The notes: generated by a model from the sequence alone, not told the origin. A stretch of DNA of 64,000 bases from an uncultured Pelagibacteraceae bacterium (GCA_902608975.1 CACLQI010000002.1:14580-78579); one strand, 5' to 3'. Shown: positions 36,067-47,263, counted from the first letter of the stretch. Program-made: numbers and translations.

Positions 36067-37050
36067 ATGAACAGGAAAGTTTCAGTAGCTCCTATGATGG
36101 ATTGTACAGACCGTCATGAAAGATACTTTTTAAGATTAATAAGTAAAAATGTACTTTTGTATACAGAGATGATTGTGTCTGAAGCTATAGACAGAGGCGA
36201 TAAAAAAAAACTTTTGTCTTTTAATTTAAATGAAAAACCAGTGGCTCTTCAATTAGGAGGTTCTTCACCTAAATTACTTTCAAATGCATCAAAAATTGGT
36301 GAAGAGTTTGGTTATGATGAAATCAATTTAAACTTAGGATGTCCAAGTAAAAAAGTACAAAAAAATAAATTTGGAGCATGTTTAATTAAAGAACCAAACC
36401 TTGTTGCAGATTGTTTAAATGAAATGCAATCAAAAACCAATTTACCAGTAACTGTTAAAACTAGAATTGGATATGATGATGTTGAAGATTATGAAAATCT
36501 TTTTAATTTTATAAATTTATTGAAATCAACAGGAGTAAAAACTTTTATAATTCATGCAAGAAAAGCTATGTTGGGAAAATTTACTCCAAAACAAAATTTA
36601 AATATACCTCCTTTAAAATACGAAATGGTTTATAAATTAAAAGAAGATTTTAAGGATTTGGAAATAATTATAAATGGTGGAGTTACATCTGTGGATCAAA
36701 TCAAAAATCATCTAAAAATAGTCGATGGTACAATGATTGGTAGATCAGTTTATCATTCACCTTATATGTTAGCTGATATTGAGAAAGAAATTTTTAAAAA
36801 TAAAAATGTTTTGTCTAGAGAAGAAGTAATAAAGGAATTAATCCCATATGTAAAAAATGAAACTAAAAAAGGAACAAGATTGAATCAAATTATGAGACAT
36901 ACCCTTGGTTTATTTCATGGACAAACTGGTTCAAGTTTTTGGAAAAGATATTTGAGCGAAAATATGTGTGTTAGAGATGCTGATGTTAAAAAAATTGATC
37001 ACATTATGGATAAAGTTAAACTAGCACCACAAGCGCGATCAGTGGGTTAG
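36067..37050 (+). CDS. dusA: tRNA dihydrouridine(20/20a) synthase
   Basis: VAPMMDCTDRH, ALQLGGS, EINLNLGCPS, VTVKTRIG, IIHARKA, IPPLKY. Confidence 0.93.
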   Translation: MNRKVSVAPMMDCTDRHERYFLRLISKNVLLYTEMIVSEAIDRGDKKKLLSFNLNEKPVALQLGGSSPKLLSNASKIGEEFGYDEINLNLGCPSKKVQKNKFGACLIKEPNLVADCLNEMQSKTNLPVTVKTRIGYDDVEDYENLFNFINLLKSTGVKTFIIHARKAMLGKFTPKQNLNIPPLKYEMVYKLKEDFKDLEIIINGGVTSVDQIKNHLKIVDGTMIGRSVYHSPYMLADIEKEIFKNKNVLSREEVIKELIPYVKNETKKGTRLNQIMRHTLGLFHGQTGSSFWKRYLSENMCVRDADVKKIDHIMDKVKLAPQARSVG

Positions 37051-37051
37051 A

Positions 37052-37885
37052 TTGATCATTTCAATTTTTACAAACGATTATTTTTTTTTCATAATATTAA
37101 TGGTGCTTACCGCTATTCCAGTTGGTTTTCTTGCCGGCTTGTTTGGAATTGGAGGAGGACTTATTACAGTTCCTTTTTTATTTTTTATTTTTGACAGTCT
37201 AGACATAAATCAGAATTACTTAATGCATTTAGCAGTTGGAACTTCATTTTCAATAATTGTTCCTACCTCTATAATTTCTGTGCTAACTCATAAAAAACAT
37301 GGATCTGTTGATTTTAGTGTAATCAAAAATTATGCAATTTTTGTTATAATAGGGGTCCTATCGGGAACTATTTTTGCAGCTATTTTGCATACCAAGTCTC
37401 TTTTGTTGTTTTTTACTACAATCGTTTATTTGTGTGGAGCTTATTTGTTAAATATTAAGGATAAAACTGATAAGTTGAAAGTGAACTTTAATCTAATTCC
37501 AAGGATTATACTTGGTTTTGTTTCAGGGTTCATTTCATCAACCATGGGAATAGGAGGGGCAATTATGAATGTTCCTATCTTAAAATATTTTGGCTATCCA
37601 ATTAATAAAGCAATAGGTAGTGCAGCAGCTATCGGTTCAGTAATTTCCTTATTTGGTGCAATAGGCTTTTTAATTACAGGCTCATTTTTGAAAGCTGATT
37701 TGCCATTAAGTGTAGGATTTATAAATATTCCTGCTTTTTTAATATTTATACCAATAACAATGTTTATGGCGAGATTAGGAGCTAACACGGTTCATAAACT
37801 TGATAAATCAAAGTTACAGAGATTTTTTGGAATTTTTTTATATGTAATAGGAACTATCTTTTTATATAGATATTTAAGTATTTAA
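37052..37885 (+). CDS. TauE/SafE (sulfite exporter) family membrane protein
   Basis: AGLFGIGGGLITVP, AVGTS, MGIGGA..VP, AIGSAA. Confidence 0.88.
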   Translation: MIISIFTNDYFFFIILMVLTAIPVGFLAGLFGIGGGLITVPFLFFIFDSLDINQNYLMHLAVGTSFSIIVPTSIISVLTHKKHGSVDFSVIKNYAIFVIIGVLSGTIFAAILHTKSLLLFFTTIVYLCGAYLLNIKDKTDKLKVNFNLIPRIILGFVSGFISSTMGIGGAIMNVPILKYFGYPINKAIGSAAAIGSVISLFGAIGFLITGSFLKADLPLSVGFINIPAFLIFIPITMFMARLGANTVHKLDKSKLQRFFGIFLYVIGTIFLYRYLSI

Positions 37886-37892
37886 TTGTAAA

Positions 37893-39338
37893 TTAAATTT
37901 TTTGATCGTACTCGCCAATTTTTCCAGATTTTTGTAATAAGTTATCTATAAAATTAAAAATTTCTTTTTTTCTTTTATCCGATGTAGGGCTTTCAGTAAC
38001 AACTACCAGAGATGGTTTGTTAGAAGAAGCTCTTATTAGTCCCCATGAGCCATCTTCTAAAGAAAATCTAATTCCATTAACTGTTAGTATATTGGTTATA
38101 TTCAACCCATCAATAGAAATATTATCACTTTTTAATTTATTAATTTTTAAAATTAACTCATCAATTAAATTATATTTTTCTTCATCTTTACAGAAAGGTG
38201 CCATCGTTGGACTTTGAAAAGTTTTGGGTAAACTTTTAACCATTTCATTTACACTTGTATTTTGGTTATTTATAAGATGACATATTTGAATAGCAGAATT
38301 GATACCATCGTCAAAACCATATCCTAATGGTTTATTAAAAAAGAAATGGCCACTTTTCTCAAACCCCGCAATAGCATTTTCTTCATTAACTTTTCTTTTA
38401 ATATAAGAGTGGCCAGTTTTCCAATAAATTGTCTTACAATTATTTTTTATTAGAATTTCATCTTTTTCAAATAACCCTGTAGACTTTACATCAATAATAA
38501 ATTTAGAATTTGGATGTTGATTTGAAATATTTCTTGCTATTAACAAGCCAATTTTGTCAGCAAAAACTTCATTCCCTTTATTATCAATTACACCAACTCT
38601 GTCACCATCTCCATCAAAGCCAAAACCAACATCTGCATTGTTTTCTTTAACACATTTGGTTATTTCATGGAGCATTTTCATATCTTCAGGGTTAGGATTA
38701 TATTTGGGAAAATTAAAATCTAAATTACAATCTAATTCTACAACCTCACATCCAATAGCACGTAATATTTTTGGAGCAAAAATTCCTGCTGTACCATTCC
38801 CGCATGCAGCTACTACTTTTATTTTTTTTTTAATTTTATTAATTGATAATTCATTTATATAAACTTTATCAAAATCTTTAATTTCTTTATAAGACCCACT
38901 TCCTATAGAAAATTTTTTATTAAGAACAATATCTTTAAGTTCTATCATTTCTTCTTTACAATGTGTTAAACCTTTTTCAATACCCATTTTAATTCCAGTC
39001 CATCCATTTTCGTTATGACTTGCTGTAATCATGGCTACAGCATCAGAATTTAATTTGAATTGAGAAAAATATACAGTTGGTGATAGGCATAATCCTAAAT
39101 CTTCAACATTGCACCCTGTTGAAATTAGACCATCTATAAATTTTTTTTTTACTTCTTCGCTATATGATCTATAGTCATGGCCAACAGTTACTCTAGGATT
39201 TTTATTTTTATTTATTATTTGAGTTCCAAAGCCTTTTCCTACCAATTTTATTCCTTCCCCATTTATATTGTTAGGGTATAACCATCTTGCGTCATATTCT
39301 CTAAAACCAAGTGGATCAATTTTTATAGGATTTTCCAT
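37893..39338 (-). CDS. Phosphomannomutase/phosphoglucomutase
   Basis: FREYDAR, MITASHN, FDGDGDR, GFEKSGH, LIRASSN. Confidence 0.92.
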   Translation of the reverse strand: MENPIKIDPLGFREYDARWLYPNNINGEGIKLVGKGFGTQIINKNKNPRVTVGHDYRSYSEEVKKKFIDGLISTGCNVEDLGLCLSPTVYFSQFKLNSDAVAMITASHNENGWTGIKMGIEKGLTHCKEEMIELKDIVLNKKFSIGSGSYKEIKDFDKVYINELSINKIKKKIKVVAACGNGTAGIFAPKILRAIGCEVVELDCNLDFNFPKYNPNPEDMKMLHEITKCVKENNADVGFGFDGDGDRVGVIDNKGNEVFADKIGLLIARNISNQHPNSKFIIDVKSTGLFEKDEILIKNNCKTIYWKTGHSYIKRKVNEENAIAGFEKSGHFFFNKPLGYGFDDGINSAIQICHLINNQNTSVNEMVKSLPKTFQSPTMAPFCKDEEKYNLIDELILKINKLKSDNISIDGLNITNILTVNGIRFSLEDGSWGLIRASSNKPSLVVVTESPTSDKRKKEIFNFIDNLLQKSGKIGEYDQKI

Positions 39339-39388
39339 GTTGATATATGTACATTTATTTTATTTTTTTATTGATATATTTTTATAAT

Positions 39389-39403
39389 GTTCTATAAATG
39401 TTC
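39389..39403 (+). promoter_or_regulatory. Alphaproteobacterial LexA box
   Basis: GTTC-TATAAAT-GTTC is an exact GTTC-N7-GTTC match upstream of nrdA. Confidence 0.6.
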
Positions 39404-39443
39404 TATTGATTTCTAATTTATATAGTATATTACAGAGATCTAC

Positions 39444-39459
39444 ATACAACATCTAGTTG
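39444..39459 (+). promoter_or_regulatory. NrdR box
   Basis: ataCAACATCTAGttg fits the acaCwAtATaTwGtgt consensus; a weaker core (ATTTATATAG) lies 31 bp upstream. Confidence 0.6.
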
Positions 39460-39493
39460 TTTTACTAAAAACGTTATATATTAAGGGAGTTAA

Positions 39494-41437
39494 ATGAACA
39501 AGTTTTTATCTCAAGCTATCAAGAAAGCTGTTTCTGAATACAGGCCAGCTGTAGTCGCAGTCGAGACAATTAAAGACAAAAGACCTGATCTATTTTCACT
39601 CAACGATCAAACAGAGCTATTTCAAAATGCCAAAGGTATAACAATTAAAATTGATAGAACAAAAGATATTAATTTAACTGATTTTGGTAAAGCAACTTTA
39701 AGCGATAGATATTTGGGAGAAAACGAGTCTTTTCAAGATTTGTTTGCTCGTGTTGCCAGTCATTATGCTGATGACAATTTACATGCACAAAGAATTTATA
39801 CTTATATTAGCAATTTATGGTTTATGCCAGCAACTCCAGTATTGTCAAATGGTGGAACAAAAAGAGGGCTGCCAATTTCTTGTTTTTTAAATGAAGCAGG
39901 TGATAGTTTAAATGGAATTTTAGATCTTTGGAGTGAAAATGTTTGGCTTGCAGCAAGAGGTGGAGGTATAGGAAGTTATTGGGGCAATTTAAGATCAATA
40001 GGCGAAAAAATTGGAAGAGTAGGTAAAACTTCTGGAATTATTCCTTTTATAAAAGTTATGGACTCTTTAACCATGGCTATTAGCCAAGGGTCATTAAGAA
40101 GAGGATCTGCAGCATGTTATTTACCAATTGATCATCCTGAAATAGAAGAATTTATTGAAATGAGGAGACCAACTGGAGGAGATCCAAATAGAAAAGCATT
40201 AAACCTTCATCATGGAGTTTTAGTTACTGATGCATTTATGAGAGCTGTTGAAACTGATGACCAATGGGCTCTTAAAAGTCCAAAAGATGGATCAATTCAA
40301 TCTACTCTCTCAGCAAGAAATTTATGGATCAGACTGTTGACTGCCAGAGTAGAAACTGGTGAACCTTATATTATATTTATTGATACTGTTAATAGACAAA
40401 TTCCACAACATCATAAACTAGCTGGCTTAAATGTAAAAACTTCTAATCTTTGCAGTGAAATAACTTTACCAACTGGTATTGATAGAGATGGTAAGGAAAG
40501 AACAGCAGTTTGTTGTTTGTCATCATTAAATATTGAAAAATATGACGAATGGAAAGATGATAAAAATTTCATAAAAGATGTTATGAAATTTTTAGATAAT
40601 GTTTTGGATGATTTTATCAAAAAAGCACCGGAAGAATTTGCTGACGCCAAATACTCTGCGCTAAGAGAACGTAGTGTTGGTTTAGGAGTAATGGGACTTC
40701 ATTCTTTCTTCCAACAAAAAATGATACCACTAGAATCTGTAATGAGCAAAGTTTGGAACAAAAAAATATTTGAACATATACAAAAAGAGGTTGATCAATC
40801 ATCTAAAGATTTAGCCGAAGAAAGAGGAGCATGTCCAGACGCTGCTGAATATGGTTTTAGCGAAAGGTTTTCAAACAAAACAGCAATTGCACCAACCGCT
40901 TCAATTTCAATAATCTGCGGTGGAACCTCACCTGGAGTTGAGCCTATAGCAGCTAATAGCTTTACCCACAAAACACTTTCTGGATCTTTTAATGTTAGAA
41001 ATAAATATTTAAAAAAAATATTACAAAAACATAATAAAGATAATGACGAAACATGGTCAAGCATTACAACCAATCAAGGGTCAGTTTCTCACTTAGATTT
41101 TTTATCTAAAGAAGAAAAAGATGTTTTTAAAACTGCATTTGAGTTAGATCAAAAATGGATAGTTGAGTTAGGAGCTGATAGAACTCCGCATATTTCTCAA
41201 GCTCAATCTATTAATATATTTTTACCAGCTGATGTGCATAAAAGAGAGTTGCACCAGATACATTTTCAAGCTTGGAAAAAGGGTTTAAAAAGCCTTTATT
41301 ATTGTAGGTCAAAATCGATACAAAGAGCTGAAAATGTTAATGATGCTAAATCGACAGATATTACAGCAAATGTTTATAAATCAAAAAATCAACAAGCAAA
41401 CGAAACAGAATATGAGGAGTGTTTATCGTGTCAGTAA
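39494..41437 (+). CDS. nrdA: Class I ribonucleotide reductase alpha subunit (no obvious ATP cone)
   Basis: FMPATPVLSN, LPISCFL, SNLCSEI, VCCLSS, AIAPTASIS, C-terminal ECLSCQ. Confidence 0.95.
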   Translation: MNKFLSQAIKKAVSEYRPAVVAVETIKDKRPDLFSLNDQTELFQNAKGITIKIDRTKDINLTDFGKATLSDRYLGENESFQDLFARVASHYADDNLHAQRIYTYISNLWFMPATPVLSNGGTKRGLPISCFLNEAGDSLNGILDLWSENVWLAARGGGIGSYWGNLRSIGEKIGRVGKTSGIIPFIKVMDSLTMAISQGSLRRGSAACYLPIDHPEIEEFIEMRRPTGGDPNRKALNLHHGVLVTDAFMRAVETDDQWALKSPKDGSIQSTLSARNLWIRLLTARVETGEPYIIFIDTVNRQIPQHHKLAGLNVKTSNLCSEITLPTGIDRDGKERTAVCCLSSLNIEKYDEWKDDKNFIKDVMKFLDNVLDDFIKKAPEEFADAKYSALRERSVGLGVMGLHSFFQQKMIPLESVMSKVWNKKIFEHIQKEVDQSSKDLAEERGACPDAAEYGFSERFSNKTAIAPTASISIICGGTSPGVEPIAANSFTHKTLSGSFNVRNKYLKKILQKHNKDNDETWSSITTNQGSVSHLDFLSKEEKDVFKTAFELDQKWIVELGADRTPHISQAQSINIFLPADVHKRELHQIHFQAWKKGLKSLYYCRSKSIQRAENVNDAKSTDITANVYKSKNQQANETEYEECLSCQ

Positions 41438-41475
41438 TAAATCAAAAAAAACAAGAGATTATTAAACCAAAAAAA

Positions 41476-42435
41476 ATGGGTCTATTAGTAGAAAATCCCG
41501 TTTATAAACCTTTTAGGTATCCCTGGTGTTACGATGCATGGTTAACACAACAAAGAATTCATTGGTTACCAGAGGAAGTTCCTTTAGGTGACGATGTTAG
41601 AGATTGGCAAAAAAATTTATCACAATCAGAAAAAAACTTATTAACTCAAATATTTAGATTTTTTACTCAAGCAGATGTTGAAGTTAACAATTGCTATTTA
41701 AGACATTATACGACCGTTTTTAAACCAACAGAAGTATTAATGATGATGACTGCATTTGCGGCGATGGAAACAGTTCACATTGCAGCATATTCACATCTCT
41801 TAGATACAATTGGAATGCCAGAGTCTGAATATTCGGCTTTTATGAAATATAAAGAAATGAAAGATAAGTATGATTATATGCAAGGGTTTAATGTTAATTC
41901 AAAAGAGGATATAGCAAAAACCGTTGCAGTGTTTAGTGCTTTTACTGAAGGTTTACAATTATTTGCAAGTTTCGCAATACTTTTAAATTTTCCAAGGCAC
42001 AACAAAATGAAAGGTATGGGCCAAATAGTTACTTGGTCGGTTCGTGATGAAACTTTACATTGTAATTCTATGATTAGATTGTTCAAAGAATTTATTAAAG
42101 AGAACCCACAGATCTGGACACCACAACTTAAAAAAGAACTTTATCAAGCTTGTAGGACAATTATTGAGCACGAAGACGCATTTATTAATTTAGCTTTTGA
42201 AATGGGTCCAATGGAGGGTTTAACTGCACAAGAAGTTAAAGAATATATTAGATTTATCGCAAATAGAAGATTAACTCAATTAGGGTTAGAGCCTATTTAT
42301 AAAGTTGATAAAAACCCTTTAACTTGGTTAGATACAATGTTAAATGCCGTAGAGCATATGAACTTCTTCGAAGGACGTGCAACAGAATATTCAAAAGCAT
42401 CAACTCAAGGAAATTGGACAGAAGCTTTTAGCTAA
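41476..42435 (+). CDS. nrdB: Class I ribonucleotide reductase beta subunit
   Basis: YKPFRYPW, HWLPEEV, FFTQAD, ETVHIAAY, TEGLQLF, RDETLH, NFFE.RATEY. Start ATG at 41476. Confidence 0.95.
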   Translation: MGLLVENPVYKPFRYPWCYDAWLTQQRIHWLPEEVPLGDDVRDWQKNLSQSEKNLLTQIFRFFTQADVEVNNCYLRHYTTVFKPTEVLMMMTAFAAMETVHIAAYSHLLDTIGMPESEYSAFMKYKEMKDKYDYMQGFNVNSKEDIAKTVAVFSAFTEGLQLFASFAILLNFPRHNKMKGMGQIVTWSVRDETLHCNSMIRLFKEFIKENPQIWTPQLKKELYQACRTIIEHEDAFINLAFEMGPMEGLTAQEVKEYIRFIANRRLTQLGLEPIYKVDKNPLTWLDTMLNAVEHMNFFEGRATEYSKASTQGNWTEAFS

Positions 42436-42438
42436 AAA

Positions 42439-43563
42439 TTATCTTTGATTTAATTGAACAACTTTTCTATGTTTGCTTCCCTTGTAGCTAGCAAGCGGTC
42501 TTATTAATTTGTTTGCTGCATGTTGTTCCATGATATGTGCTGACCAGCCTGTAATTCTTGAGATAACAAAAATTGGTGTAAAGAAATCTGTGTCAAAACC
42601 CATTAAATGGTAAGTTGGACCAGTTGGATAATCTACGTTCGGATGTATGTTTTTTCTTTCGATCATAACTTTTTCGACAATGTCATATATTTTTTCAAAC
42701 TTTTTATCTTTTTTAATTTTGGCAACTTTTCCAAAATACTCTCTCATTGTAGGAACTCTTGAATCTCCATTTTTATAAACTCTGTGACCAAATCCCATTA
42801 CTACATCTTTTTTATCTAACGCATTATTAATCCATTTAAGTGCATTATTAGGTTTTTTAATCTTATTCATCATATGCATTACTTCTTCATTTGCACCACC
42901 ATGTAGAGGGCCTTTTAAGCTTGCTATTGCACCTGTGATTGCACCATGAATATCAGACAGACTACTAGTTATTGTTCTTGCTGTGAATGTGGATACATTA
43001 AAGCTGTGTTCAGCGTATAAAATCAATGACACATCAAACGCCTTTACAATTTCTTTTTTTGGAACTTTTCCAAAACACATATGAAAAAAATTTTCAGAAA
43101 AAGAAAGATTTTGTTTAGGAGGTATTATTTTTTTACCTTTTCTTGCTCTATAAAAAGCAGCTAAAGCAACAGGCGTTTTTGCAAAAATTCTCATTGCTTT
43201 TCTCAAATTAGCTTTAGGAGAATTATCTTTGGTTTCATTATCTTCTAAACCCATAATACTAACAACAGTTCTAGCCACATCCATAGGATGTGCTTTCCTT
43301 GGAATTTTCTTTATATCACCAAGCAAAGTTTTAGAGAGTTTTCTTTCTTTTCTGTCTTGTTTTTCAAATGTTTTTAGTTGTTTCTTGTTAGGAAGTTCAC
43401 CATTTAGTATAAGATAAGCAACTTCTTCAAACTTACATTTGGCACACAAATCTTGAGCTGCATAACCTCTATAAGTAAGAGAGTTTATTTCTGGCATAAC
43501 TTTTGAAACTTCAGTTTCGTCAACTACAATTCCAAGTAAGCCTTTTTTGATCTCATCACTCAT
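42439..43563 (-). CDS. prpC: 2-methylcitrate synthase
   Basis: KGLLGIVVD, LTYRGY, YAEHSFNVSTF, LKGPLHGGANE, MGFGHRVY, PNVD; in operon with prpD and prpB. Confidence 0.9.
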   Translation of the reverse strand: MSDEIKKGLLGIVVDETEVSKVMPEINSLTYRGYAAQDLCAKCKFEEVAYLILNGELPNKKQLKTFEKQDRKERKLSKTLLGDIKKIPRKAHPMDVARTVVSIMGLEDNETKDNSPKANLRKAMRIFAKTPVALAAFYRARKGKKIIPPKQNLSFSENFFHMCFGKVPKKEIVKAFDVSLILYAEHSFNVSTFTARTITSSLSDIHGAITGAIASLKGPLHGGANEEVMHMMNKIKKPNNALKWINNALDKKDVVMGFGHRVYKNGDSRVPTMREYFGKVAKIKKDKKFEKIYDIVEKVMIERKNIHPNVDYPTGPTYHLMGFDTDFFTPIFVISRITGWSAHIMEQHAANKLIRPLASYKGSKHRKVVQLNQR

Positions 43564-44459
43564 TATTCATGTCCTTCAGTAGTGAAGTTATAAATTTTTT
43601 CGTCTAAACTATTGTATTTTTCATAATCAACAAGCTCATATAATCGTTTTCTAGTCTGCATTTTATCAATAATATTATTTTGATGTCCATTTACAAAAAT
43701 GTCTCTCAATCCATCTTCTACATTTTTCATAGCTAATCTCTGCGTAGTGACAGGGTAAATCACTATATTATAACCAAAATTTTCTAATTCTTTGAAATTA
43801 AATAGTTTTGATTTACCGAATTCGGTCATATTAGCTAACAAGTAACATGAAAGTTCTTTTCTAACTTTTTCAAAATCTTTTTCATCATGCAAAGCTTCTG
43901 GAAAAATTATTTCAGCACCAGCATCAATATAAGCCTTACATCTCTCGATCATTTTATCAATTCCTTCAACACTTTTTGCATCCGATCTTGCAATAATTTT
44001 GAAGTTTTGATCCTTTTTTGATGAAACACATTCTTTTATTTTTTTGACCATTGCCTCAGTTGAGATTAATTCCTTGTTATCAAGATGCCCACATCTTTTT
44101 CTTTCAATTTGATCTTCAAGATGAACCGCAGAAATTCCAAACTCTTCAAAGGTTTCAATAGTTTCTCTACAAGATTTAAAACCTGTATCTATATCGACAA
44201 TAGTTGGTAAGTTTGTTACTCTAGAAATAAGGTAAGATCTAGTACTTACATCTTGTAGTGTGGTTAAACCAATATCAGGAAAACCTAGATCGTTAGCCAT
44301 TACACCACCCGAAACATATACTGCATCATATCCAATTTCTTCAATTAACTTTGCCGTTAGAGGGTTGTATGCACCGGGGACTCTTAAAATTTTGTTAGAT
44401 TTTAATTTCTTATCAAGATCTATTCTTTTTTGACTAGGTTCTTTTTCAACAAAATGCAT
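43563..44459 (-). CDS. prpB: 2-methylisocitrate lyase
   Basis: YVSGG, VDIDTGF, EDQ...KRCGHL, IFPEAL, LANMTEFGK, MQTR.RLYE. Confidence 0.93.
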   Translation of the reverse strand: MHFVEKEPSQKRIDLDKKLKSNKILRVPGAYNPLTAKLIEEIGYDAVYVSGGVMANDLGFPDIGLTTLQDVSTRSYLISRVTNLPTIVDIDTGFKSCRETIETFEEFGISAVHLEDQIERKRCGHLDNKELISTEAMVKKIKECVSSKKDQNFKIIARSDAKSVEGIDKMIERCKAYIDAGAEIIFPEALHDEKDFEKVRKELSCYLLANMTEFGKSKLFNFKELENFGYNIVIYPVTTQRLAMKNVEDGLRDIFVNGHQNNIIDKMQTRKRLYELVDYEKYNSLDEKIYNFTTEGHE

Positions 44460-45961
44460 TAAAAAATTCCTTTTTTAAAATTTCTTTTAATCTTACTTCT
44501 TTTAACTTCTATATTTAATTTTTCTAATTGTCCTGATTTAATTTTTTTTAGGTTTTGAACTATTTTTAAAAATCTATCACTTTCTTTTTTGTCAATAATA
44601 CCTTCTGTTAAAGCTTGAAATTTTTTAATATAGTTTTGCCTTTTAAATGGGCGCATGCCATAAGGATGTGCATCAGCAACAGACTGTTGTTCAATTATTT
44701 TTTTACCATTTTTGAGGGCAATAACTACTTTTGCACCAAAAGATTTTTTTCTTGGATTTGGATCATGATATTTTTTTGTCCACTTTTTATCTTCATGAGT
44801 TTTTATTGAACGCCATATTCTAATTGTACTTTTTTTATTTGCCCTAGATTTAGTATAAGATTTTACATGATGCCAATCAGCATCTTCTAAAGCCACAGCA
44901 AAAATGTACATTATTGAATGATCTAAAGTTTCTCTACTTGCATTAGGATCCATTTTTTGAGGATCGTTTGCGCCAGTACCAATCACATTATGAGTGTGAT
45001 GGCTTGTATAAATATCAATTTTTTTTATTTGATTTAAATTATTAATTTTTTTATTAAGCTTTTTTGCAATATCAATTAAAGCTTGTGCTTGATATTCTGC
45101 AGAATATTCTTTTGTATAGGTCTCTAGTATAGCTTTTTTTTCTTGATTTTTTTTTGGTAGTGGCACTTTGTATAATGCTTTTTTTCCATCTAAAATTCTT
45201 GCTATTACACTATCTTCACCTTCGTAAATAGGACTTGGTGCTCCTTCACCTCTCATAGCTCTATCTACTGCTTCAACAGCAAGTTTACTTGCGTGAGCAG
45301 GAGCAAAAGCTTTCCAGCTAGAAATTTCTCCTTTTCTAGACTGTCTGGTTGATACAGTTGTGTGCAATGCTTGTTGAATAGCTTGATAAATAGTTTCTCT
45401 ATTGAGTTTTAACATTGTTCCTAGTCCTGCTGCTACACTTGGGCCTAGGTGAGCGATATGATCAACTCTATGTTTGTGAAGACAAATGCCTTTTACCAAA
45501 TTAACCTGAACTTCATAAGCTGTAATAATCCCCTTTATTAAATTTATACCACTAATTTTTTTTTGTTGAGCCACAGCAATCAAAGGAGGAATGTTGTCTC
45601 CTGGATGACTATAATCTGCTGCCAAAAATGTATCGTGAAAATCTAGTTCTCTTACTGCTGTACCATTTGACCATGCAGCCCATTCACAATCAAATTTTAA
45701 CTTTGAGCTTATCCCAAATAAATTAGCACCATTTTTTCTTGGATGTTTTATAGCCATTTCTCTAGAAGCAATAACCGCTTTTCTATTTATTGACGCAATA
45801 GCTACTGATGCATTGTCAATTATTCTGTTGATAACCATTTCAACAGATTTTTTATTTAATTTTGAATTATCACTTGCGATTTCGGATAATTTCCAGGCTA
45901 ACTGTTTTTTTTTAGGTAATTGTATCTTCGATGGATATACTTTAATTTTATGAACTATCAA
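44459..45961 (-). CDS. prpD: 2-methylcitrate dehydratase (MmgE/PrpD)
   Basis: [46 protein letters not shown]. Confidence 0.92.
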   Translation of the reverse strand: MIVHKIKVYPSKIQLPKKKQLAWKLSEIASDNSKLNKKSVEMVINRIIDNASVAIASINRKAVIASREMAIKHPRKNGANLFGISSKLKFDCEWAAWSNGTAVRELDFHDTFLAADYSHPGDNIPPLIAVAQQKKISGINLIKGIITAYEVQVNLVKGICLHKHRVDHIAHLGPSVAAGLGTMLKLNRETIYQAIQQALHTTVSTRQSRKGEISSWKAFAPAHASKLAVEAVDRAMRGEGAPSPIYEGEDSVIARILDGKKALYKVPLPKKNQEKKAILETYTKEYSAEYQAQALIDIAKKLNKKINNLNQIKKIDIYTSHHTHNVIGTGANDPQKMDPNASRETLDHSIMYIFAVALEDADWHHVKSYTKSRANKKSTIRIWRSIKTHEDKKWTKKYHDPNPRKKSFGAKVVIALKNGKKIIEQQSVADAHPYGMRPFKRQNYIKKFQALTEGIIDKKESDRFLKIVQNLKKIKSGQLEKLNIEVKRSKIKRNFKKGIF

Positions 45962-45981
45962 TTTACCTCCTAAAAATGTCT

Positions 45982-46581
45982 CTACTGTAATACAATAATA
46001 ATTGCAGTTATCAAAAGCAAAACTGCTAAAAAATACTCAATTAATACTTTAATTTTATTATTATTTACTAAATTTCTTATTGCTGATCCAAAAGCTGCCC
46101 ATGGAGATATTGATAATGGACAAATAATTAAAGCAATAACTGATATAAAAAAAATAGAAAAGATTAAGTTTCCGTCACTAGGCAAAAATCCTGAAGCGGC
46201 CATACTTGATATTGTCCAAGCTTTAGGATTAACTATTTGAAATAGCGCGGCCTCATGAAATTTCAGAGGTCTTGAGTCGTCTTCTTTTATTTTACTAAAA
46301 GACCCTATGATTTTATATCCTAGATATAATAGGTATAAAGAACATAGTACTTTTAAAATATTTTGTAGTTGAGGAAATATTTGAAAAATTTTTCCTAGGC
46401 CCAAACAAACCAAAATTAACTGAAAAACATGTCCAATTGTAATACCAGACATATGGGGAATAGTTTTTATAAAACCAAATTTAAGACCAGAAGCAAGAAC
46501 CATAGCATTATTAGGTCCAGGCGTTACATACATTACAAAATAAAAACTAATTAATGCAATTAAAATATTTAAATCAACCAT
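45982..46581 (-). CDS. LysE family translocator
   Basis: [15 protein letters not shown], several TM helices. Confidence 0.9.
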   Translation of the reverse strand: MVDLNILIALISFYFVMYVTPGPNNAMVLASGLKFGFIKTIPHMSGITIGHVFQLILVCLGLGKIFQIFPQLQNILKVLCSLYLLYLGYKIIGSFSKIKEDDSRPLKFHEAALFQIVNPKAWTISSMAASGFLPSDGNLIFSIFFISVIALIICPLSISPWAAFGSAIRNLVNNNKIKVLIEYFLAVLLLITAIIIVLQ

Positions 46582-47263
46582 GAATGTAAGGTGATATTAT
46601 TTTTTCAATATCAACAAAATCTTTTGTTAAATGATCGTGAAAAATTTCGTCTGGTTTTTTTTCTGTATAACCATTTTCTAGTAATATGAAAGGTACATTA
46701 GCAGCTTTTGCGGTAGTCGAGTCAGTTTCGCTGTCACCTATCATTAGGCTTTTATTTAAATCACCTTGCATAATTTCAATAACATTAGTTAGATGTCGCG
46801 GATCAGGTTTACGATAATCGAAAGTATCACTACCAGCAATATATTCGAAATAATCATATACATTAATTTTTTTAAGTAGATCAATTGCAAGACGTTCTGG
46901 TTTATTAGTGCATATACCCATTGAGATATTATTTTTTTTGCACCATTTTAAAAAATCTAAAGCCCCACTTATCAATTTGCTCTCATTAGCAATATTTTTT
47001 CCATAGTAACTTATAAATTCTGTAACCATTTCTTTTTTAATTTCATCATCATCAATGTTTCCAAATTCTTTCTTAGCCTGACCCCAAACCGATCGACCTA
47101 TTAATGATTTTGCACCTTTGCCAATTAATTTTCTAATGTCGTCAGTTGATTTGGTTTCGTAGCCAAATTTTTTCATTACATGGTTATGTGCGCTCATAAG
47201 ATCTGGAGCTGTATCAACCAAAGTTCCGTCAAGATCAAATATTATTGTTAAATTTTGAGTCAT
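46574..47263 (-). CDS. gph: Phosphoglycolate phosphatase (HAD family)
   Basis: IFDLDGTLVDTAPDL, ICTNK, KPDP, MIGDSETD; divergent from glmU as in many alphaproteobacteria. Confidence 0.85.
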   Translation of the reverse strand: MTQNLTIIFDLDGTLVDTAPDLMSAHNHVMKKFGYETKSTDDIRKLIGKGAKSLIGRSVWGQAKKEFGNIDDDEIKKEMVTEFISYYGKNIANESKLISGALDFLKWCKKNNISMGICTNKPERLAIDLLKKINVYDYFEYIAGSDTFDYRKPDPRHLTNVIEIMQGDLNKSLMIGDSETDSTTAKAANVPFILLENGYTEKKPDEIFHDHLTKDFVDIEKIISPYIHG

